A stretch of DNA of 64,000 bases, from assembly GCA_964016885.1 (NCBI GenBank), contig OZ024742.1:82212001-82276000 (forward strand), written 5' to 3'. The position numbers were made by a program, and so were the translations under genes. Each line of letters starts with the position of its first letter. Position 1 is the stretch's first letter. This DNA is from Eledone cirrhosa (taxonomy: Eukaryota). The notes below the pieces were generated by a model that did not search any database, had not been told where the DNA came from, and saw nothing but the letters and a program-made list of their open reading frames with translations. Positions 42,626 through 56,700 of this stretch are shown here, piece after piece.

Positions 42626-43017
42626 ATATATATATATGCATTTTTCAGTTGTGCCTATTCTGAGGTCATGTGATGAAAACTATTGTATCAATTGCGCCTT
42701 TCAAAATATATAAAATTGACTTCTTGTGCCAAGATTTACAAATAAATGACGATGAGGTTTTAAAGCTAAATAGGTTTATTGTAAGGATATTATGTGTAAG
42801 AATCTATTACCTGTGCCAAATTACGTAATATCTACTGATATTACATAACTATTGTGAGTAAGGGTTCCAGTTGGAAGAATAGTTGATATACAAGATCAAA
42901 GTAACTGATTGTTCAGTCAGGGCTATTTGATATACTAGTATCAATATCGAAAGATACTTGTTTCAATTACGGTTTAACGTATGCGTGCAATCTGCTTACA
43001 TATGTATATATATTTAT

Positions 43018-44165
43018 ATAACGGCGATGAATTAGTTCTGCGAGGTTTTTTATATGAAATCGTGTGTCGAAACAAATATTTTTTATACTTGGGGAGGGTC
43101 ATATTTGTGTAATATTGCCAGAATTAATAACAGAACACATTCACTGTTTGGTTGGTTTTCGCTTTTCGCTTCTGTGTCTTTTATATCGGTAATCTAATTT
43201 ATTCGGTCCTCAATGTTGCCATTGACTGACCAACCGTCAAAAATAATACAGATACAATATAGACACAAACACATATATATAGTTTATCAAAGTTCTTTCG
43301 TTGCACATCTGCAACATCGTCAGTGGTGCTATTGTTTCCTCCCGTTACATTGTATGTCTACACCATCTTTATTTAGTCTGTTTATATATTTATTTATTTG
43401 CTTGTTTGTTTATTTTATTTTTTCTTCTTTGCGCATGCGTTTGCGTGTGTGTATAGTGTTTTGTTTGATGTGTGTTCGTGATTGGGTGACTGTGTATTGG
43501 TTAATGTATTCTATCCTTACTAGTGTGTGTTTATATGTGTTTGTTGTTATTGTGCTTGTGTATGTATTTATTTATTTATTTATCTATTTATTTATTTATA
43601 CTTCTCTTAGGTCAGTGTTGTTTGTTTGGGTGTTGTTGTTATTCCATTCATTCTTTCTGTTTCGTCTTGGCCTTCTAAGTTCTATTTCACTGGCGTCTCT
43701 GATTTGCCTATCTGCTGGGTCATTTCTATGTTTAGATATTATTCTAATTTCTATATTGTCTATGTTACCGTCGTGTTGTTGTCTGGCATGTTCGCATAGT
43801 ACTGACCCGTTTTTTTTTAGTTCCCCACAGTGTTGGTCTATCCTTTCACCTATGCTACGAGCTGTTGTACAGCTTGTAGCATACAATGTAACATACAATG
43901 TAACGGGAGGAAACAATAGCACCACTGATGATGTTGAAGATGTGCAACGAAAGAACTTTGATAAACTATATATATGTGTTTGTGTCTATATTGTATCTGT
44001 ATTATTTTTGACCGTTGGTCAGTCAATGGCAACATTGAGGACCGAATAAATTAGATTACCGATATAAAACACACAGAAGCGAAAAGCGAAAACCAACCAA
44101 ACAGTGAGTGTGTTCTGTTATTAATTCTGGCAATATTACACACATATAACCCTCCCCAAGTATAA
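43018..44165 (-). mobile_element. Short PLE: GIY-YIG C-terminus plus family D pseudo-LTR with inverted arm
   Basis: ORF 43596-43870 reads TARSIGERIDQH..SVLCEH..H..RQIRDASEI..P..N..NEW. 43084-43355 is inverted at 43893-44165. Confidence 0.85.
43286..43327 (-). ncRNA. Minimal hammerhead, family D
   Basis: acca-CTGACGA-tgttgca-gatg-tgcaac-GAAA-gaac-TT-tgat. Mirror copy on the plus strand at 43921-43962. Confidence 0.65.
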
Positions 44166-44200
44166 TTATATTTATATATATATAAACAGATTATATATAT

Positions 44201-44467
44201 AGAAATGGTTACACAACAGTTAGTTCACCATACCGAGAACAATTGTTTCACCTGAGCGGATCCTCAGCTCGTAATGGACAGTTATCCCCCTTACACCTCT
44301 CGCATGCATTTTAGTATTGCCTGTGTGAAGTGATCGTTTCTGCGCATTCGCGTTTGTATGGTTGTCCTTCCTGTTCCGTATAACCATGTCCATTACAAGC
44401 TGAGGATCCGCTAAGGTGAAACAATTGTTCTCGGTGTGGTCAACTAACTGTTGTGTAACCACTTCTA
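44201..44467. mobile_element. Fold-back element with a hammerhead in each arm (family I)
   Basis: 44201-44285 is inverted at 44380-44467. HHR cgag-CTGAGGA-tcc-gctca-ggt-GAAA-caattg-TT-ctcg at 44234-44271 (-) and 44396-44433 (+). Confidence 0.7.
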
Positions 44468-44552
44468 CCTAACTTGTCCCCTGGACTGAGTGCTCTACCA
44501 CTACAGATATTACCTTCCAGTGTTCTACCACTATATATATATATATATATAT

Positions 44553-45130
44553 ACAAACCGAGCATTATAATAAATGTTCGGTAAACCGATACGTGCATAT
44601 ATGTGTGCATGTATGTATATATATACATACTATTGTACGTTTGTATACATATATGTATGTACGTATACATACATACTTACATATAAGTAAGTGCCGTACT
44701 AAGACTGGGAAATGAAATTCCGTTTCATTCTATTCCATTTATCGTTTTCGGTGCGCCCGGCCGACTGAACTCACTCGATATGCAAATTAGGCTGCTCAGT
44801 CGTTAATATGCATAAGGAAAATATATACCTTTAGACGTTCAACCATCTGGCAGGAAGGTATACGATGCTGACGATAGCTAATAAGTTTGAAACTAGTACA
44901 TCGTTCCTGTGTCAGTGTTGAACAAAAAGGTGACGTTGTTGCCTAAACACTGTATGGCGTAATTCGGGCTGGTTGTTTGTTTACAAACAAACAAACAAAC
45001 CGAGCATTATAATAAATGTTCGGTAAACCGATACGTGCATATATATATGTGTGCATGTATGTATATATATACATACTACTGTACGTCTGTATACATATGT
45101 ATGTACGTATACATACATCCATACTTACAT
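44553..45130 (+). mobile_element. Family J non-coding HHR element, ~1.3 tandem units (~445-bp period)
   Basis: 44553-44682 is repeated at 44995-45130. No ORF; TA-flanked. Confidence 0.8.
44862..44904 (+). ncRNA. Minimal type I hammerhead, family J
   Basis: acgatg-CTGACGA-tagct-aata-agttt-GAAA-ctag-TA-catcgt, with palindromic stem III ACTAGT. Confidence 0.8.
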
Positions 45131-45318
45131 TTATATATTTATATAATATATATCTATATATATATATATATATAATATATGTATATATATATATATATAT
45201 AATATATGTATATATATATATACATATATATATATACATATATATATTATATATATATATGTATATATACATATATATATGGATATATATATATGTATAT
45301 GTATATATATATATATGT

Positions 45319-45349
<31 letters not shown>

Positions 45350-45354
<5 letters not shown>

Positions 45355-45675
45355 TATGAAGAGAGAAGAAACATTTAGATATAATTAGTAATAAAATGTA
45401 TCATACCTAAACTGTTCCTAAATTCCTCGACTACGTAGTTTCGTGGCATAAACAAAAACAATATATCAAAGATATAGAGTCCTTGCGAGGTCTGCCGACT
45501 TATCAAGAGGATACCTCATTTTACTAGTCTCAAGAACGCGTCTACACGACGTGAGAAAGAATCCCAAAAGGCGGAGGGAGAGATAGTCACGCGATATAAC
45601 GGTCGAGAAACAGAGCTAAGCCTCTTATAACCACGAAGAAAATACCACGGAGGCGGAGGGGGTATTTATATCGAG
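45350..45675 (-). mobile_element. Family E solo copy with hammerhead at 45424-45511
   Basis: Near-identical to 21552-21877, with the same 3' terminus at (TA)n. Confidence 0.9.
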
Positions 45676-45723
45676 GGTGTTTTAGTTCTCAAAATTAATA
45701 GGTTTAATATTCTTAAGGTTATA

Positions 45724-45756
<33 letters not shown>

Positions 45757-46333
45757 CAAGACACACACACATATATATATATAGACGCACACACACATAT
45801 ATATATATATATACACATACATATACATATGTGTATACGTATGTATATATATATATACATCTACGTGTGTGTGTGTGTGTTTTTGTGTGTGTGTGTGTGT
45901 GGGTGTGTGTATATGCGTGTGTGTGTGTGTGCATATAAGAAATTTAAGAATATTAAACCTATTAATGTTAACAAATATAACAAACAAAACACAGAACTCC
46001 TGATAGATCGGCCCTTAATTTCGACTCCTATTAACGGTAGCACTACTCCGACCGGTTTCACAGCGTATGACACATGCCAAAAGCTGTTGAGTGGCGAAAC
46101 AGACGAGCTAAAATGCATTAAGCTATAACAATTAAGCAACATCTGGTACAAATCAAATTTTATGTGACATCAAGTAAAATGTTTAATTTCTCTTGTACTA
46201 CGAGAGTCATAATTGAGAAAGAAAAAAAAATGAAGAAACAAGCGAGATGAAGAAAGTTAGATATCGACTTAAAAATGTATAAGCCATTGCAACCTTCATC
46301 CTCCCAATTCATTATTTTATTCTCTCACACCCG

Positions 46334-46369
<36 letters not shown>

Positions 46370-46671
46370 ATCTATCTATCTCCCTCTCTCCCTCTCTCTC
46401 TCTATCTCTCTCTCCCCCTCTCTCTCACTTTATAACTACGCCTATAATCAAGGAGCCTGAGAAGAATACTATTATATATATATATATTTATCATTACACA
46501 AGTACGATGAGCATTTGCTTCCAGAAAAGAGCCGGGCCAGATCGAATCTTGAGCTGATCAATCGCAAAACGTGATATAAACGTAACACTTCGTCATCTTT
46601 ATTAGTACGTATATATATGTATGTGTGTTTGCATGTGTGTGTGTGTACGTGTGTGTGAGTATGTGCGTGTG

Positions 46672-46728
<57 letters not shown>

Positions 46729-47409
46729 GTGATATAGAACAAAACGTATAGTGAGAGGGCCTGAGATAGAATGCGAATGTGTTGGGAAGGCGATGGTAGA
46801 GATACAAAACATCAGAGTGATATTTATAAAGCGAAGGGCATCTTTCATGTTTTGTATTTGATTATGTTATCTGTATAATATATGGCGAACTAAAAAAGAA
46901 TGATTTGTCATTAAAAATGCTCAAAGGAAGTGAACATAAATGATTCCGTTTCTGCGCATGTATGTATGCTGAATATAAACTTCTAAAATATTATATCAAA
47001 GTCAATTCATAATTTTCATTTCAAAATTGACTTTGCTAGGGCGATAATCCTACTATTTTTAATGACAGACTTAAATTATCATAATCGATAATTTCTTTTG
47101 AATACATACGGTTTGTACTTCATTGAAAAACGATAACAACACAAAATGTTGGCCATTATGCATCCTGTGTAACGCGATTAAAAAATTAAGATTCATACGC
47201 ACAGATACCTCTATTTGCACCATAAATATGTAAAAAAGGAAATACTTAAAATAAGTTATGTTGAATGAAGCTAATGTTGCACTAAAGCTAATAGGTTAAT
47301 GTGAAGAATGCATGAATTATAATTAACTAATTACTATTTCATCTATTTAATCGCGTTTTTAAATAGTAAACTACATATATCTAATAACAATTTATAACTA
47401 CGTATCATC

Positions 47410-48130
47410 AGTGAGGAAAATATTCCCTGGTTCGTCTGTGTGGAAAAACGGGATATTTAAACATTTTGCACTCCGATAGAAAATGCTAAACCACAGGATC
47501 ACCATGATGACAACATCAGGACCTCAACAGCGACAAAAAAATCAACAACGAGCAACAACGGCAGATGCGGGTTCAACAACAAAATTAGCAGCAATGACAA
47601 TAGCCAAAAGACCAAGAACACCACCAAAAGCAGTAAATCACTTACCACCAACAACATCACCATACACCCATAAATCTGGCTCTCTCTCTTCACTAGCTCA
47701 AAACGCACACTCACTCAAAGCCACAATCATATATGGCTCCACCATTATCAGTGGCATGCCCCCCCCCCCGTCTCCCTGTGAAGAAGATGAAGAAAAACAC
47801 AAATACAAATAAAAAAAAATAAACATATCACATACTCAGAGATAGACACAGTATCCACTGCAGAAAGCACAAAACAAGCTCAATACCAAACACAAACACA
47901 TATGAAATAACATCCCCTCTATTCTGTAACACAACAACATTTGCCTCCACTATCATTCCTACCACAACCACAGCCAAAAAAAAAAGAAAACACACACACA
48001 CACAAGCAACCACACACACCCCATCTTTCCTACTAGTAAGAAGAACCAACAAAGTACAGATAGCCCGCATAGCTCAAAGTAGAGATTTTGAAGGAGAAGG
48101 GATGACCGTGCCACCAGCAACCTCAGAGTT
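47410..48130 (+). mobile_element. Probable relic of a Tx1-like ORF1
   Basis: Degenerate knuckle-like RLCGKTGYL followed by T/P/A-rich low-complexity coding resembling 55070-55800. Confidence 0.4.
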
Positions 48131-48407
48131 TCAGACACTCATGAATGCGGGAATGGCACACTAGTTAGCAACCAGCATGACATTTATCTATTGTATGAGT
48201 TACCTGTAGGCTTTCAAAGGGGGTCCTTAAAGGAGAGCTCATTAATCATAGATGTCGAACGTCTAAATAACTGATCTCCAGGAGCACCCGGAGGGTTAGT
48301 AAGTTCCCATTTTGTTTCATCCTTAACTAAACATTCAACATGGCAAATATTCGTTCTCGAAACAAGGTGACTTGCTGAACAAACTCAGGTCGCATACAAA
48401 TTGTAAT

Positions 48408-48478
48408 TATAACATATTTTACATGATGATATTACAGTTGTTGAACAACTGTAATATCATCATGTAAAATATGTTATA
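48408..48478. repeat. Perfect palindrome, 35-bp arms, 1-nt spacer
   Basis: tataacatattttacatgatgatattacagttgtt-g-aacaactgtaatatcatcatgtaaaatatgttata. Confidence 0.95.
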
Positions 48479-49076
48479 CTATTTTCCACTCAAAGGAATG
48501 AAATATATGTTTCAGGGTATAGTGACATTTTAGCAATGAAAATGGAACGAAAATTACAGCAATACTGCAGAAAAATAATATTATCGCGCACATATATATG
48601 TCATGCTACGTCGGTAATTGGTGAGTCAAAGAAATAATTTAGAAGGAATATAACAAAGATACAAACATAATTACAAATACCATAACCTCAATTCAACATT
48701 GCATTTTATTTTGTACTGTACAATGTAAATTGTACAATGAAACTAACTTCAGTAATATAATTCACATCTTGTAGATATATTGACAGGAGAAACATCAAAT
48801 GCTCAGTCACACACATACAACAGAGAGACACACACATATACATACCCCCTATATATTTAAATATATATAAAGAGCAGGATGGGGGGGTGTAGCATCAAAG
48901 TCAGTGCTGCTACATATGTACATTCTATATTGGCATATTACAATTGTTTCAATATCTGTTAGCTCAGCGTACAATCGTAATGATCGCGGCTCGAGTCTTC
49001 GACATATTCTTACTTAAGTGAGTTTACATGAGCCTGAAAATGTAGTTACCCACGCTCACACACAAACACACACACA

Positions 49077-49119
<43 letters not shown>

Positions 49120-49274
49120 TTTAGAGTATGAGTGTGCTAATCACTGACACTTATGTATGCATGGTAGAGCACTCGATGAAGTACACATTTGGGTCTGTTT
49201 AGCCCGGATTGTACTAAAACATCGTGAAGTCAACGAGTTATAATTGACACTTCGTTTATTCATAATCCTTGTTT

Positions 49275-49336
<62 letters not shown>

Positions 49337-51863
49337 ATAACCAGTATGCAACAGTTATGAACTCATCAGAAAGCTAGAAGTTGAAGAGAAAAAATGAAGA
49401 AGAAATAAAACATTCTTTCTTATGTTTTTCCGTCTTTTCCGTTTTACTTCTAGCTGTCACCTGGGGTTTTGACTGCTGCATAACGATTTTCTGAGAAAAA
49501 TAAATATAACAGTGATTATGAATAAACCAAATGAATTATAGCCCGTTGACTTGTACTTCATGAATATATATAGTTAAACTTTTGAAAAATGGATTCAATT
49601 AATTCGATTATGATCAGAAAGATTGTTATAATTTAATAAGCACAAAGCTGAACGAACTAAGAAAACATCCGAAAACAATCAAGAGAATGAATAAATATAA
49701 GATCGAAACTGTTTAGTGAGGAAAAATCAGAAAAAGAATAAATGATTGTAGCAAAGATGACAAAGATGTGAGGCATCATACGTTGCGTAGAACTCGCCTA
49801 TGAATCATGAAAAACAACTAATGATAACGAACGAAAACTAACAAGAAAATATATGTAATTAGATACATTTATTGAAGAAATATTTTACATTCAATGCATG
49901 GAGAGGTAATTGAATAAAGATGTGGCATCTCGTTTCGTTACAGCGAAATCAGAATCAGATTTAAAAGCCCCATAAGAATATAGAGGTTCGTTATGTTTTT
50001 TCTGTTAATTGTCTTTCTTTTACTTGAGGTAGATTGTTTTCGTTACTGCGCATAGTTTTTGTATTGTTAAATAAATTATTGTTAAACTTTCATGTCAATG
50101 GTATCGTGACAAATAAAATGTTGCGGAAATGGAGCAGAGAATAGATGACTATGGTGAAGTAAAACAGTAGGGAGTATTAAGATGAATGTAATAATTATTG
50201 TAATGCTACAGACACTATTCACGATAATTTTGGTGAAGAAAATCATCTTGATTATGAACATGATTAGTTAGCATGTTATGATAACAACAGAGATAATCCA
50301 GATAGCCAAGATGAGAATCATACTAAATTGTCTTTCATATATATATTTTAAAAATCAATTTGCAAAAACGTGAGCTCACAGAAACTCTACCGAGTTAACA
50401 CAGGGCTTCCAACATGATCGATTGGTTTGCTAGAAATAATAACTAGTTATTCTTATCACATCTGGAACAAAACGACTGTTTAACAAGCACAAAAAGAATC
50501 ATTATTTTTTTTACTTCATACATTCTATAATATAGATTTAATAGAAAATTCAAATATTGAAGCAAAAGTTAATTCTACATCGTTGAAACTTAAATGATAG
50601 AAAAATGATGCTACGAATAACAGTAGCTCAGATTTATCCAGAAGCTTTGATAGATGGCACAAGTGACAATTTTCAAAGAATTTTCCTAGATAAATATACG
50701 TAAGAAGCGTTCAACTTTGTTCACCTACTATATATAGCAGGGCAATATACGAAATTCTCCCAATGTTAAATATTGAATAAATATCTGAGCAATCTAAGAA
50801 GAGAGAAAACAGGAGAGATACCGTGTGGATATTTTATCTTATATTTAATTGTCAAATTGACGCATGGACATTAAACTACCGGTAACTGGAGAACAGAGAC
50901 AATGTCATAAATACCAAATATATAGCACTAACATATTTAAATATCTATATTGATGCTCAGATAAAACGTCATGGATCATGTGAATATAATTTTAATAATT
51001 TGATATGCCTTACTTGATACATCTTAATATTTTCGATATCCAAACGAAAGAGGAAACTGATAAATAAGCAAAATCTGAAAGCAAACAGTTTTGAAAAACT
51101 GAATGCTTCGGGATATATTCAAAGCGTCACGACATGTTTGTTGCATCATGCGTTAGAATGGATGAAGAATACTGTACATGTCTTAGTAAAATTACAAATG
51201 TACATGAAAAATGTATTTATATATATACCATGTACTCAGCATGACGGTGCATTATCGAAACATATACAACTATTATGTGATCATGATAACTATTAACATT
51301 CTTATTATTAATAGTATTACTTCTATGGTTTTTATTTTTATTCGTACATAGCAAATCGACACAGTCTCAGAGAAAATGGCTGCAGTACTGTTAAGATTGT
51401 TTATATTTTGAGTTCAAATCATGCCAAGGAACACTAGCCTTTCATTTTACCTATGTTTGTTCCATTTTAACCTACATTATTGAGCATTTGTTAACCGCTT
51501 GCATTTAAAGTACCAGTTTATTCTGGAGCTGGTTAGCTTATCTCGACCTGTAGTCTTTCACTGCTAAACCTACGATTGTTTACTAAACACACACCTCGTT
51601 TTTTTTTTTGTTGAAATTGAGATGGTGGGCAAAACCTTTGCGTCCACTAGAGAGAACATCGGCCTGAATATAGAATGAAACAGCCAAAGTCAACATAGCA
51701 ATGAAAGCAGCAGCAGTAGCAAAAGCAACAACATCATCATTAGTAACAGTTGCAGTACCAACAACAATGAGTAGCCGCGAAAGAATTAAGTCTTCCAGCA
51801 ATGTCAATATCTAACAGCTTCAACACCGCAGGCCCTGCCGTAACATCATTAAGTACTGCCAAA

Positions 51864-53722
51864 ACAGACACCTAGCGGCAGTCCTGAGGGCGGCTGGTTT
51901 TGGGCGCGTCTTCAGAGGCTGGATCGCTGCCATACACAGCGACATCTGCTCTGTGGTGAGAGTGAACGGTCATCTTTCGGAACCGTTCAACATAATGTGC
52001 TCGGTCCACCAAGGATGTCCCCTCTCCTCCCTCTTGTACGTATTGACTCTCGAGCCATTACTGCACAAACTGGAGACGTTGAGGGGGGTCCCGCGCGAAC
52101 TAGGATGCGGAAGATCCGTGTCAGCATATGCGGACGATGTCACCGTAGTGGTGTCGAACGCCAAACACATCGAGGCGATCGGCACTACACTAAGAGAATA
52201 AATACGAAGCGGTGACAGGAGCAATGATCAACCAGGAAAAGTCAGTGGGCCTGCAGCTCGCCACCTGGAGAGGCAGGTCCATGCGGTCCAACAGCGTCGT
52301 CGGGCGCTGGACGGACGGACCGGTTAAATTGCTAGGTGTCTGGTTCGGTCCAGGCCTCCAGACGGACAAACACTGGGACGAGGTGACGAGCAGGGTGGCT
52401 TCTCTCACCCAGAAATGGACCGAGAGGAAGCTATCCCTGAAAGGTCGAGCGGAGGTGGCTAACGCGTACATCGCCTCCGTCATATACTACCGCCTGACCG
52501 TCGTACCTTGTCCTAAGCCCCGCCTGACTGCGCTGGAGCGTTTGCTCATTCGCTTTGTGTGGAAGATACGCGCTCCGATGGTCCATCTGCTGACAACACC
52601 CGCTACGTGGAGGGCTGGGCATGCCGTGGCTGATGATGCGCAGACACGCGGTCAGGCTACGATATGTCCACCTCTTCCTCGCCGGTGATCAGGTGTGTTC
52701 GCCGTTTGTTAGACACGTCTTTCCCCAGTTCGTCTCCTTGACGGAGCTGCAGACCTGGGTCAAGCGAAGACCGAGAGGGAGCGCTTGGAGACTGGAATGT
52801 CTTCAGGCGCTCACAGCCCTCGACCAATCGGGCAATATGATCGGTGGAAACTCCAACTTGGCGTTCTATAGAGGATTAGTGGAGGGGAAGAGCGACGACG
52901 TACTTGGAGAAACTCTAGGCGTCGACGAAAATCAACTAGCCAATCTCTTCGGAAGGACTTTCGGGCCGGGGCCTATGGACAACTTCCAGAAATCCCTGGC
53001 CTGGCAGTGCTACCGAGGAACTTTGCCAGTTCGAGATAAACTCTATAGGCATGGAGGTGCCGTCAGCCGGGCATATCCGAGATGCGCGCAGGGCGACGAA
53101 ACCGTCCTGCACGCACTCGTCCAGTGTACGAGCATTGCTGACTTGTGGATTTATGTCGAACACCTGCTGTCACGTGTTGGACGGATCCAGCTATCAGCTG
53201 AGTCCATCGTGAGGATGCCCCGCCCTCTTCCTTTAGCCGGGAAGGGCAGGCAGTTTTTATGACCATGGCGAAAGAGATAGTATGGTGGACACGTTTGAAA
53301 GTGCTGAAGACGAGCACTTACCTCTTCGGTGATGCCCTGATTACCTTTTTCAAATTTCATTTGAAAAGGAAAATCAGGGTAGAGAGGGAAGTGCTCTCTT
53401 CCCAGCATGTTGTTGAAAGATGGGTGAGAGAAGCAAGTATGGCCCGAGTGAATGGGCCTACTCTGAGTATGTGTCTGTAAACTAAAGGTGGAAAACTGGG
53501 AGAGGGCACTTGGCCTGGTGGTCAGGGTCACTGTGGTCTTTTAATGGGCTTTCTCCACAAATGTCTCTCGGAAGTCTCCCCCCTATTGGGAAATTTTTCA
53601 TTGTTATTTTTTATTACATCCTATTTTTTTACACGCAGAAATGCCCATTTATACCATCCTGTATTGTCTTGTACTGTCCTTAATGTCTACTTTATGTAAA
53701 CCCTTGTGGTTAATAAAGAATC

Positions 53723-53755
<33 letters not shown>
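51864..53755 (+). mobile_element. Tx1/L1-like LINE, 3' half (RT motifs 4-7, zinc-finger region, 3' UTR, (TTA)n tail)
   Basis: SVHQGCPLS, AYADDVTV, INQEKS, KLLGVWFG, LSLKGR, LPVRDKL..CAQGDETVLHALVQC, then AATAAA and (TTA)n. Confidence 0.92.
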
Positions 53756-56700
53756 GGCGACCTACGTAGTAAATCGTATCATCGTGAGCTCCGCAAAGGT
53801 TTGTTATTTCCGTTTGTTAAAAATTGCCATTCATGGACAATTTTTATTGTTAACTATACATAAGTGCACATACATTGTTTTCCGAAAAGGACACCCAAAA
53901 AGATTGGGGCCTTGTGCCCAAAATTTAAACTTTCATGATTATCAAAAAGTTTCTTTCAAAATAAAAATGGCTAATTCACCTCTGCACCAAGCAGCTGAAA
54001 GCCTTCCTCACAAATTACCACCTCACACCGACACCACCATCGTAAATGTTACTACGTTTGCCAACACTAAAAAAATATAAGCAGTAGCAATATTTTAAAT
54101 TTGTCTCAGGCAGACATTCATTTCCCGCCATTAACAATGACTGCAGGTGTTAAAGCCTGAACCACCACCACCACCACCGCGACAACCACCACCCCCACCA
54201 CCAACGCGACAACAGAAACAAAAGGAAAAAATAAATCAACTCGTGATGTCGAAATAATTTCAACCAAAATGGACTCTTCCACTTCCAACCGAACACCACT
54301 GACGTCACCACCACCACAACTGAAACTAAAATTAATAATAACAAAAATAACGATAACAACAGCAACAATGACATTAAAAGAACCAACCTGATTTTTGCCA
54401 GAGTAGCAAAACAGTGCGAAGCATTTACGGTAACTCAGGAGGAATTAGAAAATGCCAAAAAAAATGATAAAGAAAGATGGGTACAGGGTCAGCCTCACCC
54501 GCCCAACCCCCACCTAATAAAATGGAGCATCGGCGCCTATGCACCGTGTCGTATCGAATAATTAATGTAAAATCGCGCCGAGTGGAACGGGCATCCGAGT
54601 CTCAAATCCGAAAAGCTTTGGGACATGTGTGGGCAAGAAAAACCCACATCAGACGTGGGCAGATGTATGGAACCGTGGACGTGTTCTTTGAAACACCACA
54701 GGAGGCTAGAGAACACTCCATGGTCCCATTAAGAAGTGACGACTTTTCACTCGTCCCAAGCTATTGTGGTCCGAGACTCGTAAAGATTAGGGTGACCCAC
54801 GTTCCACCGGCCATCGAAATTCCCTGGCTAATAGCGGCCGTCCTCGCCGGCATCGAAGCCAACACAAAGATAATAGCAATAGCAAAAGAAAAGCAGGAGA
54901 ACTGGTCCGGATCTGGGATGGAGCTCCTGATCCAAGCGGACCAAAAGAGCATTGAGGAGATCCCAAATGTAATAGACCTCACTGACGGCAGCCACATCAC
55001 CGTAATTGTCGAGGGCAGAAGGCCTAGGTGTGTCGTTTGTGGTGAAGGAACACACCTAAGGGCTTTCTGACCTCAGGCTAAAAGGTTGAGGCCACCTCTC
55101 CTACCCACCCCAGTGACTCAACCATCAACACTACCTGCAGCAGAGATGGCAGTAACAACTGTAGCAGCAACAACAGAAGCAACTGTAACAGCAACAACCC
55201 CAGCAACTGTAGCAAAACCAACACCACCACCACACAACGTGCAAGAAGTAGCACCAGCGCCTACACCATCCACCACGCCACAACCAAAACTAACGGCCTG
55301 TAGAGGATTTTCCACTTCCCGGCTTATCACAACTGGAGACAGATTGTGACGACGAGGAGTGGGAAACGGAATCAGGAAAAAAAAAAGAAACCAAAAAAGA
55401 ACAAAATTCTCTTCCTTCGCCCTCCAAAAACAAAATACAGAGGGAAAAAATAAATTAACAAACAAAAAAGTTAGGACAGATATGCCACCATCCACACCAG
55501 CATCACCAACCGCATCACCCCAAACACCAACACCGTCACCATCATTAACCCCAACACCACCATCACCTACACCACAAAAGTCACCAAAATGTGAAACAGA
55601 AAAAACCCCACAACAAACGCAAACAAAATAAAAATAAAAACGATACACACTACACAGCATTAAATTTGAACATAACCAATTATTACACTACACCCAACAC
55701 AACACCAGCATCACAGAAAAAGACTACACAACAACCCAAAAAACACCTCCACACATACAAATCATTCGCATCACACAGAAAACGTACATGACACTAAAAC
55801 AAAAATTCCCCAAAGACATCGGAAACTGCCGACAAGCACTCTCCAGGAGGATTTATAAGGACATCCTTCCTGAGGAAGTCACACGCAGTGAAAAGGATGG
55901 AAAACCGTCCTTCCTCTACGAGATGTAAGGTAAGTGGTATTTCCCATCTTTTCCACTCCCATTCAACATGACCTCACTAAGAATAGGCAGCATAAATGCG
56001 CATGGCTTGGGGTCGTCATGGAAGCAGGGCCACCTGCTCAACGACCTCAGCTCACTAAACATAGATGTAGTGGCCATCAGCGAGAGAAGAATCTCCGAAG
56101 CTCGGGCCTTCGCACCGATCTTCGGCGGCTACGATGTGTACGCATCTCCCAGCCGTCCGGGATCGGGGTGAGGAGTTGCTATGCTTTTTCGGAGAGGTTT
56201 GGATCTTGCCATACGGGCCATCTTCCTGAACCCAGAATGTAAGTTGGTGGTACTGGACGTGACCAGCGGAGACGGGAAAGCTTTCAGGTTAGTGGCCGTC
56301 TATGCCCCGACAGGAGCTGGGCGGCCTGATTTCTTCCGGCGTCTGGAGACCTTTCTTGGAACGTCCCACTCTTTAGTGTTAGTGGGCGACTGGAACGGGA
56401 TCTTAGATGCACGCTGGGATTGTGTGGGATTAGTGGATAGGGGAGGAGGGTGCAAAAGTCTCACCAGCCTGCTCAGGCGTTTTGAACTGTCTGACAGGTA
56501 CCGATTGGATTTCCCGAATGTACCAATGTGGACTTGGACAAATTGCATAGGGTCATCCAGATCATATCTAGATAGAGTATTTTGTAGGGAAATAGATAGG
56601 TCTAGCATAGGCTGTCCACAATTCAAAATAGTCAACTACACAGACCAAAAATTCGTGATCTGTGTGCTTGACTTAGATAGTCTTCATAGACGAGGACCCG

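Noticed and set aside
43213-44049. 278-aa hydrophobic ORF as a membrane protein
   Set aside because: It is antisense to the PLE GIY-YIG and to a T/G-rich UTR; the hydrophobicity reflects base composition.
49170-49230. Possible further hammerheads (49170-49230, 46020-46090, 48160-48270, 59285-59330)
   Set aside because: Stems are suggestive but cores are mutated or truncated at two or more invariant positions, with no second copy here to confirm.
51370-51570. Additional SINE copy
   Set aside because: Only gagttcaaatc, gcctttcat and aaagtaccagt remain recognisable, and the boundaries cannot be supported.
55068-55070. TGA at the last Cys of the ORF1 CCHC knuckle as selenocysteine
   Set aside because: The element has other stops and frameshifts (55347, 56169, 57459) at non-Cys positions and no SECIS was recognised. 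A point mutation is simpler.
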